Shown here one piece after another: positions 8,973-17,710 of a DNA stretch of 64,000 nucleotides. Position numbers and translations under genes: made by a program. The notes beneath the pieces are model-generated. The model worked only from the letters and a program-made list of their open reading frames with translations, was not told the origin of the DNA and searched no databases. The stretch is taken from positions 31,124 to 95,123 of the forward strand of contig PUKZ01000003.1 of the NCBI GenBank assembly GCA_003550725.1, given 5' to 3'. Position 1 is the stretch's first letter, and the number at the start of each line of letters is the position of its first letter. Source of the DNA: Bacteroidales bacterium. GTDB taxonomy: Bacteria > Bacteroidota > Bacteroidia > Bacteroidales > UBA7960.

Positions 8973-10733
8973 ATGAGCTCAAAGATAGAATATCCTGGAA
9001 AAAATTTTTTACCCACATCAAGGCATGAAATGGAAGAGCTTGATTGGGAACAGGCCGATATAATAATTGTAAGTGGCGATGCCTATATTGATCATCCATC
9101 ATTTGGCTCAGCAATACTAGGGCGGTTAGGTGAAAAAATGGGGCTAAAAGTGGCTATATTACCTCAACCTAATTGGCGTGATGATTTACGTGATTTTAAA
9201 AAACTTGGTAAGCCACGTCTTTTTTTTGGGGCAACAGCAGGTAATATGGATTCAATGATAAACCATTATACTGCTCTTAAGAGGCTTCGCTCAAACGATA
9301 ATTATACCCCCGGTGGAAAAGCCGGTTTCAGGCCTGATTATGCTACATCGGTATACACTAAAATACTCAAAAAAATCTACCCCGATACACCTGTAATAAT
9401 CGGTGGTATTGAAGCTTCAATGAGAAGATTAACTCATTACGACTACTGGTCTGATTCTGTTAAACCATCTATATTGTCGGAAAGCGGTGCAGACATGTTG
9501 ATTTACGGCATGGCCGAACAACCATTTATGCAAATAATAAAGCTGCTAAATCGCGGAGTACCATTATCATCATTACAAAATATTTTACAAACTTCTTTTC
9601 TGGTAAAAAACAAAGAAAACCTGCAAACCCTAAAAAATACTGACAACATAACTCTACCTTCTTATGAGCTATGTAAAAAAAGTAAAAAAACTTTTGCAGA
9701 TGCCTTTAAAATAATTGAAGAGTCGTCAAACCTGGCAACCCAGCCAAGGTTATTCCAAAAAACAGGTGAATCTTTTGTTGTAGTCAATCCCCCCTACCCT
9801 GTCGCCAAAGAAAAAGAAATTGATGAATTTTATGATTTGCCTTTCACAAGAATACCTCATCCAAGGTACAAAAGCAAATCGCCAATACCCGCATATGAAA
9901 TGATCAGGCATTCTGTAACGCTTCACCGGGGGTGTTTTGGAGGATGTAGTTTTTGTACCATATCAGCTCACCAGGGCAAATTCATCGCCAGCCGCTCTGA
10001 AAAATCAATATTAGCCGAATTAGAGAAAATCACAAAAATGGAAGACTTTAAAGGTCATATAACAGATCTGGGCGGGCCAACAGCCAATATGTATAAAATG
10101 TCGGGTTTTAATAAAACAGCCTGCATTAAATGCATAAGAGCATCTTGTATATTCCCCGACACCTGTACAAACCTGAATTTTGATCACAACACCTTGATCA
10201 AATTATATAAAAAAGCCTCTTTAATAGAAGGTATAAAAAAAATTACAATAGGAAGCGGAATCCGTTATGATATGTTGGTTAAAAAAAACAAAGAGCAAAA
10301 CAAAAAATTTGCCCTGAACAAATATGCCAGGTTATTAATTAATAATCACGTTTCAGGAAGGCTAAAAGTAGCACCGGAGCATATTTCAGCCAAGGTTTTG
10401 CAACTAATGAGAAAACCTTCCTTTGATTATTATAAAGAATTTGATAATTTATTCAGGAAAATATGCAAAGAAAATAACTTAAGGCAGGAATTGGTGCCTT
10501 ATTTTATCTCAGGACATCCTGGAAGCAGTGAAAATGAAATAAAAAAACTTAATGAGGTTGTAGCCGACTGCAAACTTGACTCACGGCTGGTTCAGGAATT
10601 TACGCCCACTCCAATGACATTGGCAACGACAATATATTACACAGGCATTGATCCTTTTACCGGTAAAAAAATATATACACCTAAAATTAGCCATCTTAAG
10701 CGAAAGCAAAAAAATTATTTTATGACCTCATGA
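8973..10733 (+). CDS. ygiQ: YgiQ family radical SAM protein (UPF0313)
   Basis: 586 aa. FLPTSRHEMEELDWEQADIIIVSGDAYIDHPSFG matches the YgiQ N-terminal domain. The radical SAM cluster motif is CFGGCSFC. Confidence 0.85.
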   Translation: MSSKIEYPGKNFLPTSRHEMEELDWEQADIIIVSGDAYIDHPSFGSAILGRLGEKMGLKVAILPQPNWRDDLRDFKKLGKPRLFFGATAGNMDSMINHYTALKRLRSNDNYTPGGKAGFRPDYATSVYTKILKKIYPDTPVIIGGIEASMRRLTHYDYWSDSVKPSILSESGADMLIYGMAEQPFMQIIKLLNRGVPLSSLQNILQTSFLVKNKENLQTLKNTDNITLPSYELCKKSKKTFADAFKIIEESSNLATQPRLFQKTGESFVVVNPPYPVAKEKEIDEFYDLPFTRIPHPRYKSKSPIPAYEMIRHSVTLHRGCFGGCSFCTISAHQGKFIASRSEKSILAELEKITKMEDFKGHITDLGGPTANMYKMSGFNKTACIKCIRASCIFPDTCTNLNFDHNTLIKLYKKASLIEGIKKITIGSGIRYDMLVKKNKEQNKKFALNKYARLLINNHVSGRLKVAPEHISAKVLQLMRKPSFDYYKEFDNLFRKICKENNLRQELVPYFISGHPGSSENEIKKLNEVVADCKLDSRLVQEFTPTPMTLATTIYYTGIDPFTGKKIYTPKISHLKRKQKNYFMTS

Positions 10734-10856
10734 TACAAAAAATAAAATTTAAACCACCTACTAAAATAACTGTCGACTAAACTATATATATTGATTAATT
10801 TGATTTAAAATAAATAAGCCGGCCACACGAGTTTTATAAATTTCACTTAAATAAAA

Positions 10857-11342
10857 CTATTGCTGCCTGTCTCTCCTTTGCTTGCGGCGCATTTCACGAA
10901 ACAAGTGACGTTTGAAGTCTTTTTCAGCCTCGTATAACAATGCCACTTTTTTGACTGATAAAACATCAAGATATTTTTCGTGGTATTCTCTTCTCAGCTT
11001 TGCCATCTCTTCAATCCTGCGAATTTCAAATTCAGCATATTCGGCAGCCTTCTCTTCAGAAACATCTGATAAAGATTTATCACCATTTTTAATTTCACAA
11101 ACATATTTTTCTCTTATTTCCTGCATCTCCTCATTATACTTATTATAAAGAGGCCAAAACTGCTGAGCTTCTTCACTTGTTAATGAAAGCCGATCAGTTA
11201 TAAAAGCAATCTTCATTGAACGAATATTTTCATGGTGCTCAGAATCGCGAAACTGACCACGCCAGGGCTGAGAAATAGAAGGGTAAACTATTACAACAAG
11301 ACAAAATAAAACTATTAACCTTTTTATTTGTATATTTTTCAT
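10857..11342 (-). CDS. Periplasmic Spy/CpxP-like helical protein (third gene of the ECF sigma module)
   Basis: 161 aa. It has a signal peptide (MKNIQIKRLIVLFCLVVIVYPSISQ) and repeated helical LTxEQ-type segments (LSLTSEEAQQFWPLYNKYNEEMQEIREK). It is on the same strand as the sigma gene and downstream of it. Confidence 0.55.
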   Translation of the reverse strand: MKNIQIKRLIVLFCLVVIVYPSISQPWRGQFRDSEHHENIRSMKIAFITDRLSLTSEEAQQFWPLYNKYNEEMQEIREKYVCEIKNGDKSLSDVSEEKAAEYAEFEIRRIEEMAKLRREYHEKYLDVLSVKKVALLYEAEKDFKRHLFREMRRKQRRDRQQ

Positions 11343-11394
11343 TTCTTCTAAAAATTTATTTAACCTGATTAATGTTTCTGTAATTTATTAATAG

Positions 11395-11916
11395 TTAATC
11401 AAAATAAGCAATATCTTCAGGCGAATACTGATATAAATCCATATAATCCAACAAATATTCGAAATAAGCATCATCTTCCAATTCATCATCCATTGTAAAA
11501 AAATCAAACGATCCTTCAGGATATTCTAAATGTTCAATCTCTTCAGCCGCCAAAATATCATAATATGCTGTTTCATCATAATCTGCAAAATACGAAAAAT
11601 ATGATTCAAAAAGTTCATTATCAGCCTCTGAGTATAAATCGATATCGTTATTATTTGTAAAAAACAAGATTGATATTCCAAAAGATATCAACACTAATAA
11701 TGCTGATGCATAAGCCAGTAGTTTCCTGGGTGAAATGCTTAAAACTCCGGCATAAACTTTTTGCGGCTCACTATTTTTTAAATTTTGTACTTTCTCAGGC
11801 AAACCGGAAAAATAATTACCCGGAACATCGAATGGATTATCTTTTGAAACTTCTGATATATCGGGAGCTATATCATTAAGTTCTTTTTTCAGTATGTCAG
11901 GCTTTTCTTTTTCCAT
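11395..11916 (-). CDS. Single-pass membrane protein with an extremely acidic/aromatic C-terminal tail; possible anti-sigma partner
   Basis: 173 aa with a central TM helix (LLAYASALLVLISFGISILFF). The C-terminal ~85 aa are dominated by D/E/Y/F. It lies immediately downstream of the ECF sigma gene. No zf-HC2 motif is seen, so the anti-sigma role rests on position only. Confidence 0.45.
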   Translation of the reverse strand: MEKEKPDILKKELNDIAPDISEVSKDNPFDVPGNYFSGLPEKVQNLKNSEPQKVYAGVLSISPRKLLAYASALLVLISFGISILFFTNNNDIDLYSEADNELFESYFSYFADYDETAYYDILAAEEIEHLEYPEGSFDFFTMDDELEDDAYFEYLLDYMDLYQYSPEDIAYFD

Positions 11917-11962
11917 TTTAATTATTACATTTTTTTATTAGATTAAAAAAAAGCTCAGATGT

Positions 11963-12508
11963 TTAATCGCTTTTCAAAAATTCTTCTACTTTTTTTGCAG
12001 CAATATGATAAGATGCTTTTAAAGCACCGGTTGATGTATTTAATATTTGTGACATGTCCTCATATTTCATCTCATCAAAATAACGTAAATTAAAAATTAC
12101 CCTTTGTTTCTCGGGCAATTTTAATATGACTTTCTGCAATTTTTTCTGAATTTCGTCGCCTTTAAAAAAGTGGTCTGACTCAATTTTTTCTGACAAATTA
12201 GCTTCAACATCCACCAAAGGTATAAAAAATCTTTTTTGCTTTTTTTTTAGAAATGACAGGGCTTCATTAGTAGCTATTCTGTAGAGCCATGTATATAATT
12301 TCGAATCTCCCCTGAATTTACTGATATTTTGCCAAACTTTAAGGAACACATTTTGTACAACGTCGTTTGAGTCATCATGATCAATTAGAAGTCGCCGCAC
12401 ATGCCAGTAAATATTCTGTTGGTATTTACGCATAATGAGATTAAATGCATAATCCGGATTACCGGACTTAAACATTTTCAGCAATTCTTTGTCATCAAGA
12501 TGATCCAT
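11963..12508 (-). CDS. ECF-type RNA polymerase sigma-70 family factor
   Basis: 181 aa. The region-2-like sequence is DSNDVVQNVFLKVWQNISKFRGDSKLYTWLYRIATNEALSFL. The region-4-like sequence is LPEKQRVIFNLRYFDEMKYEDMSQILNTSTGALKASYHIAAKKV. Confidence 0.85.
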   Translation of the reverse strand: MDHLDDKELLKMFKSGNPDYAFNLIMRKYQQNIYWHVRRLLIDHDDSNDVVQNVFLKVWQNISKFRGDSKLYTWLYRIATNEALSFLKKKQKRFFIPLVDVEANLSEKIESDHFFKGDEIQKKLQKVILKLPEKQRVIFNLRYFDEMKYEDMSQILNTSTGALKASYHIAAKKVEEFLKSD

Positions 12509-12523
12509 ATATTATTTGGCCGT

Positions 12524-12531
12524 CAAAAGTA
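12524..12531 (-). promoter_or_regulatory. Candidate -7 promoter box (TAnnTTTG) for the ECF sigma operon
   Basis: The minus strand reads TACTTTTG, 16 nt upstream of the start at 12508. Confidence 0.35.
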
Positions 12532-12774
12532 ATAGTATAAAACAATTATTTTTATTATTTAAGCCACAACTTGTAATCAGCAATCTGCAATTAGTAACCT
12601 TTTAAATTATAAACTTCGTTTTATGATTGTGATCTTTTATTTATGGTCTAAATTACCTGAAGCAAAAAATGAATAACGGTTTCAAACAACTAAACTGCAG
12701 GGTAGGCTTAAATAGATATTAATTTGGTAATATGACCTTAATAATTCTATTTAACAAATCATTTTTCTTATTAT

Positions 12775-13764
12775 TTATTTCCGTGAAATGACTTTTTGTG
12801 CAGCTTTGACGATATTTTCGGCATCAAGGCCGTATTTAACCATCAACTCATCGGGTTTACCGCTTTCTCCAAAAACATCTTTTATACCTATCATTTCCAG
12901 GGGTTTAGCACAGTATTTTGTCAATAATTGTGCAATGCTTTCACCCATTCCGCCATTTATCTGATGTTCTTCGGCAGTAATACCGCAGCCGGTTTTTTTT
13001 ATTGATCCTAAAATTGTATCAACATCAAGGGGTTTAATTGTATGAATATTTATTATTTCGGCTCTTATACCTTTCTCAAAGAGAATTTTTCCTGCCTCCA
13101 GGGCTTGCCAGACCATATGCCCGGTAGCAAATACTGATATATCTTTGCCTTCATTAAGTATATCAGCCTTCCCTATAATAAATTCCTGATCTTCACTGGT
13201 AAAATTAGGCACTTTTGGTCGGCCAAATCGCAGATAAACAGGCCCTTTATAATCAGCTATTGCAATAGTAGCAGCTTTAGTCTGATTAAAATCACATGGG
13301 CTTATTACTGTCATATTGGGTAACATCTTCATCATACCAAAATCTTCAAGCATTTGGTGAGTAGCTCCGTCTTCTCCAAGAGTTATACCTGCATGAGATG
13401 CACAAATCTTAACATTTTTATTTGAATATGCTATAGATTGCCGTATCTGGTCATAAACCCTACCTGTTGAAAAGTTAGCAAATGTACCGGTAAATGGAAT
13501 TTTTCCTCCTATAGTTAAACCTGCAGCTATACCCATCATGTTGGCTTCTGCAATACCGGTTTGATAAAACCTTTCGGGAAATTGTTTTTGAAACTTGTCC
13601 ATCTTCAATGAACCGGTCAGATCGGAACATAGTGCAACAATTTTTGAATTTTTATTGCCAAGCTCAAACAACCCCTCACCAAAACCAGACCTTGTATCTT
13701 TCTTTTCTTTATATGAATATTTTTTCATCTTAAGTTTATTGTTTATTTCATTCTCTATTGTCAT
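12775..13764 (-). CDS. Transketolase, C-terminal (pyrimidine-binding) subunit of a split enzyme
   Basis: 329 aa with RSGFGEGLFELG, FYQTGIAEANMMGIAAGL and GATHQMLEDFGMMKMLPNM. The true start may be the internal MKKYSYKEKK (13 codons in). Confidence 0.9.
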   Translation of the reverse strand: MTIENEINNKLKMKKYSYKEKKDTRSGFGEGLFELGNKNSKIVALCSDLTGSLKMDKFQKQFPERFYQTGIAEANMMGIAAGLTIGGKIPFTGTFANFSTGRVYDQIRQSIAYSNKNVKICASHAGITLGEDGATHQMLEDFGMMKMLPNMTVISPCDFNQTKAATIAIADYKGPVYLRFGRPKVPNFTSEDQEFIIGKADILNEGKDISVFATGHMVWQALEAGKILFEKGIRAEIINIHTIKPLDVDTILGSIKKTGCGITAEEHQINGGMGESIAQLLTKYCAKPLEMIGIKDVFGESGKPDELMVKYGLDAENIVKAAQKVISRK

Positions 13765-13895
13765 ATAATCGAATATTTAATTCAGTACTTAAAAACCGGC
13801 TGCGATTTTTCTATATCATTTAAATCGGGGCATATACAATTTATATATTCAACTCAACAGTTGATTGGTTTGAGTCAAAATGCTTGATTTTGAAA

Positions 13896-14741
13896 TCAAT
13901 AATCGCCGAGTGTTTCTTCAAAATTGGATATAGCTTTATTAAATTGCTCTTCATTTGGTGGTTTGCCATGCCATTCGTGAGTGCCCATCATAAAATCGAC
14001 TCCATAACCCATGTCAGTATTCATAATAATTACAACAGGTTTTTTTTGACCGGTTTTTTCTATGGCTTTAGGTATTATCTTAACAATATCCTCCATATCA
14101 TTGCCATTCATTTCCAATACAGACCATCCAAATGCTTTCCATTTGGCATGAAGATCACCAAGTGGCATCACTTCGCAGCATGGCCCGTCAATTTGTTGCC
14201 CATTATAATCAATTATGCCTATAATATTATCAACTTCCCTGCCTGCACCAAACATAGCAGCTTCCCATATCTGCCCCTCTTGCTGCTCACCATCACCCAT
14301 AAGGCAATAAACTAAATGATTGTCATTGTTTAATTTTTTAGATAAAGCAGCTCCCAAAGCAACGCTTAATCCCTGTCCCAGTGAGCCGGAAGCCACCCTG
14401 ACGCCGGGTAAGCCCTCTTCTGTTGCCGGATGCCCCTGGAGACGAGTGTTGAGTTTGCGAAAAGTTGACAGCTCTTTTACAGGAAAATAACCAGAGCGAG
14501 CCAAAACACTATACCAGGCAGCAGATAAATGACCGTTGGAAAGAAAAAATAAATCTTCCCCAAAACCATCCATAGAAAAACCACCGGGATCATGTTTTAA
14601 AATTTTAAAATAAAGAGCAGTAAAAATGTCAGCACATCCTAATGCTCCTCCGGGATGACCCGACTTGGCATCATAAATCATACGCAAAATATCCCGGCGT
14701 ACCTGCGTAGCAACTTGCTTCAATTCATCAATTTCAGACAT
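13896..14741 (-). CDS. Transketolase, N-terminal (TPP-binding) subunit of a split enzyme
   Basis: 281 aa with SGHPGGALGCADIFTALYF, GSLGQGLSVALG and MGDGEQQEGQIWEA (GDG TPP motif). Confidence 0.9.
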   Translation of the reverse strand: MSEIDELKQVATQVRRDILRMIYDAKSGHPGGALGCADIFTALYFKILKHDPGGFSMDGFGEDLFFLSNGHLSAAWYSVLARSGYFPVKELSTFRKLNTRLQGHPATEEGLPGVRVASGSLGQGLSVALGAALSKKLNNDNHLVYCLMGDGEQQEGQIWEAAMFGAGREVDNIIGIIDYNGQQIDGPCCEVMPLGDLHAKWKAFGWSVLEMNGNDMEDIVKIIPKAIEKTGQKKPVVIIMNTDMGYGVDFMMGTHEWHGKPPNEEQFNKAISNFEETLGDY

Positions 14742-14762
14742 ATATTAATAATTTTAAAAAAA

Positions 14763-14770
14763 CAAAATTA
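14763..14770 (-). promoter_or_regulatory. Candidate -7 promoter box for the split transketolase genes
   Basis: The minus strand reads TAATTTTG, 22 nt upstream of the start at 14741. Confidence 0.35.
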
Positions 14771-14935
14771 TAAAAAATCACTTTTGACATAAATTGAATT
14801 GTTATTTATTTTCTAACATTCACAATTTCAAACTTTGTAAAATATTTTTTTTTGAATAAACAAATAATATCAAACTTGCATGTTTGGAGGTTTATTTGCT
14901 AATTATTTCAGAAGGTAGCTGGTTTTTTTTAAGAA

Positions 14936-15502
14936 TCATTTATTTTCATCCTCCAGCTCCATTTTTATCAAAGCAAAGACAGCATAATTAATAATATCAT
15001 ATAGGTTTGCGTCTATACCTTCTGATGTTGATGTTTTACCTTTGTTGTTCTCGATTTGTTTAATCCTTAGTAATTTCATCAAAATAATATCTGCAAGTGA
15101 TGAAATGCGCATTTCCCGCCATGCTTCACTGTAGTCATGATTTTTATTTTGCATCAGTTCAAATGCCTTCTCATAGTATTTATCATAAAGATCCACAGCC
15201 TCTTCGACTGTTAGGTCAGGTTTATCACTATGACCCTTCTCAATCTGGATAATTGCCATAATACAGTAATTAACAATACCAATAAACTCAGGCTTTATAC
15301 CTTCATCAATTTTTTGTTTACCTTTGTCCTGCAAAGAGCGTATTCTTTGAGCTTTTATGTATATTTGATCTGTCAATGAAGGAGAGCGTAAAACCCGCCA
15401 TGCACTGCCGTAATCTTTCATTTTGGCAAGAAAAACTTTCATGCAAAGTTCCTTTATCAATGGAAACTGTTCTTCAGTATTTGATCGCGATACTTTATTC
15501 AT
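14936..15502 (-). CDS. DUF1599 domain-containing protein
   Basis: 188 aa with two internal repeats (KDYGSAWRVLRSPSLTDQIYIKAQRIRSLQ and HDYSEAWREMRISSLADIILMKLLRIKQIE). Its divergent position next to folP is, as I recall, common in Bacteroidota. Confidence 0.65.
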   Translation of the reverse strand: MNKVSRSNTEEQFPLIKELCMKVFLAKMKDYGSAWRVLRSPSLTDQIYIKAQRIRSLQDKGKQKIDEGIKPEFIGIVNYCIMAIIQIEKGHSDKPDLTVEEAVDLYDKYYEKAFELMQNKNHDYSEAWREMRISSLADIILMKLLRIKQIENNKGKTSTSEGIDANLYDIINYAVFALIKMELEDENK

Positions 15503-15506
15503 TTTT

Positions 15507-15514
15507 TATATTTG
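15507..15514 (+). promoter_or_regulatory. Candidate -7 promoter box for folP
   Basis: TATATTTG lies 18 nt upstream of the ATG at 15533. Confidence 0.4.
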
Positions 15515-15532
15515 TAATTTGAAAAAAATAAG

Positions 15533-16393
15533 ATGGCGAAAGATAATTATTTTAATACAAAACTAACTATAAATTGCCTGGGTAAAGTTATAAATTTATC
15601 TTCACCTGTTGTAATGGGAATTATTAATCTTTCCCCTGATTCTTTTTTTGACGGCGGCAAATACAAAAGCAACTGGGATGTTATAAAACAAGCTGAAAAA
15701 CTTTTATATGAGGGTGCAACTTTTATTGACCTGGGAGCTGTATCAACACGACCGGGCGCTAAAATAATTTCGCCGGGCGAAGAGCAAAAAAGGCTTTTAC
15801 CTGCTTTGGAAGCTATATTGAAATATTTTCCTTCAGCACTAATTTCAGTTGACACATATAACTCCTCTACGGCAAGCACAGCAATCGAATATGGAGCTCA
15901 CATGATTAACGATATCTCTGCAGGCAACTTTGACCCAAATATGTTTAAGACTATTGCAAATCTTAATGTTCCTTATATAATAATGCACATAAAAGGAACA
16001 CCCGAAACCATGCAAAAAAACCCTGTCTATGACGGCTTGCTTGAAGAGGTAATCACTTATTTTTCAGAAAAAATTGAAAAATTACATCAACATGGGGTCA
16101 TAGATATAATTATAGATCCGGGGTTTGGTTTCGGCAAAAATTTAGATCATAATTATGAATTATTAAGCAAGCTGGAATATTTGAAAATCTTAGAATTACC
16201 AATCATGGCAGGAGTATCAAGAAAATCAATGATAAATAAAGTTCTTGACATTAAACCCGATGAAGCCCTGAACGGAACCACTGTTATTAACACTATAGCA
16301 TTAACAAAAGGAGTTGATATACTGAGAGTTCATGATGTAAAACAAGCTATGGAAGCAATTAGTCTTGTTAAAAGATACAGGGAGATATTATAA
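15533..16393 (+). CDS. folP: Dihydropteroate synthase
   Basis: 286 aa with VMGIINLSPDSFFDGG, IDLGAVSTRPGA, DPGFGFGK and ILRVHDV, the classic pterin-binding-domain motifs. Confidence 0.9.
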   Translation: MAKDNYFNTKLTINCLGKVINLSSPVVMGIINLSPDSFFDGGKYKSNWDVIKQAEKLLYEGATFIDLGAVSTRPGAKIISPGEEQKRLLPALEAILKYFPSALISVDTYNSSTASTAIEYGAHMINDISAGNFDPNMFKTIANLNVPYIIMHIKGTPETMQKNPVYDGLLEEVITYFSEKIEKLHQHGVIDIIIDPGFGFGKNLDHNYELLSKLEYLKILELPIMAGVSRKSMINKVLDIKPDEALNGTTVINTIALTKGVDILRVHDVKQAMEAISLVKRYREIL

Positions 16394-16577
16394 TTTTGTT
16401 ATTTGTACCTTTGGAAAAAATATTGGGTTTTATTATCAATATTTTATATTTTTCTGAGTGGTATATTACTCATATTCATCAGAAAAACCAAATAATTGTA
16501 AAAGATAATGAAAACCGGCAACAAAGATTATTTCATTTGTATAAAATGTATTTAAAGTATAGATATTTAAATTTTTA

Positions 16578-16760
16578 ACGACAGGTAATCCCGGAAAACA
16601 GGGGTTTCGGTGCCGCTCAACGGGTACGGGGTTTTACGTAAATTGACTCATAATGAATCTATAAAACAAGAATTGTATCGGGACATAATTATTAGATCTG
16701 TCATTGTTATACCTCACCCGTTACTATTATGTCGTAAGATCGCTGACGCTAAGTTCATAT
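16578..16760 (+). ncRNA. Candidate structured RNA: a GC-rich island in the folP-cdaA spacer, class unknown
   Basis: Within a 507-nt AT-rich spacer there is a locally G/C-rich stretch (cccggaaaacaggggtttcggtgccgctcaacgggtacggggttttacg ... cacccgttac...gtcgtaagatcgctgacgc). Possible long-range pairing is AACGGGT (16619-16625) with ACCCGTT (16716-16722). The strand is not established and no family was recognised. Confidence 0.2.
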
Positions 16761-16900
16761 TCTTTTATGAACCTATAGTTAGGGTTATGTGTAATTTTTG
16801 ATTTAAATTGTTAAGAAATTATTTAAGTTCTTTTTTAACTTTTTTGAATTAATATGTTTTTTCGGTTTTTAATATTATTCACACAACAAACAAATAGATC

Positions 16901-17695
16901 ATGATTATTGGTTCATTACTACCATTTTTAGATATAAGGTTTCTGGATATTTTGGACATCTTGCTTGTTGCTTTTTTACTTTATCGTCTTTATTATTTGA
17001 TTCGGGGTACGGGAGCTTTATACATATTTCTGGGCATTTTATCAATATATTTATTATGGTGGGTAGTTCGCATCTTTGAGATGGAGCTTCTCACTGAAAT
17101 ACTTGGTCAGTTTATGAGTGTAGGGGTTCTGGCTCTCATTATTGTATTCCAGCCCGAAATACGCAAGTTTCTTCTTATGATAGGAACAAGATCCATTATT
17201 AATAAGGGATCTAAAAGCATTTTTAAAAAATTCTGGCAATTTGGCGAGCAGTTCTCCTTTAACTTAACACCAATTGTAAACGCTTGTGAAACATTTTCGC
17301 AAAAAAAAACCGGTGCACTTATAGTATTCACAAAAGAAAATAATTTAGAATATTATATCGAAACAGGTGAGATTCTCGATGCAAAAATCTCTGAAGATCT
17401 TCTTGAGAACATTTTTTACCGAAACAGCCCGTTACATGACGGTGCTGTTATAATAACAAATAACAAAATAGCGGCTGCACGTTGTGTACTGCCGGTATCA
17501 GATAACCCTTCATTTCCTACCAACCTGGGGCTAAGACACCGGGCAGCTCTTGGCATAACAGAACATTCTGATGCAATAGCCGTTGTTGTAAGTGAACAAA
17601 CCGGACGGATATCGTGGTTTAAAGATGGAAATATGAAGAGAAATATTAAACCTGTGCAATTGAAAGAATTTTTAGCTAAAGAATTTATGTCATAA
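16901..17695 (+). CDS. cdaA: Diadenylate cyclase (membrane-anchored, CdaA/DacA type)
   Basis: 264 aa. It has three N-terminal TM helices followed by a DAC domain with the motifs PLHDGAVII and GLRHRAALGITE...VVVSEQTG. Confidence 0.9.
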   Translation: MIIGSLLPFLDIRFLDILDILLVAFLLYRLYYLIRGTGALYIFLGILSIYLLWWVVRIFEMELLTEILGQFMSVGVLALIIVFQPEIRKFLLMIGTRSIINKGSKSIFKKFWQFGEQFSFNLTPIVNACETFSQKKTGALIVFTKENNLEYYIETGEILDAKISEDLLENIFYRNSPLHDGAVIITNNKIAAARCVLPVSDNPSFPTNLGLRHRAALGITEHSDAIAVVVSEQTGRISWFKDGNMKRNIKPVQLKEFLAKEFMS

Positions 17696-17710
17696 ATCAA
17701 ATTACTACTC

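Noticed and set aside
13884-14315. A 143-aa ORF on the plus strand.
   Set aside because: It is antisense to the transketolase N-terminal subunit and is a shadow frame.
16396-16801. Two 60-63-aa ORFs in the folP-cdaA spacer.
   Set aside because: They have odd composition, no motif and non-ATG or weak starts. The region is treated as non-coding (see the candidate RNA finding).
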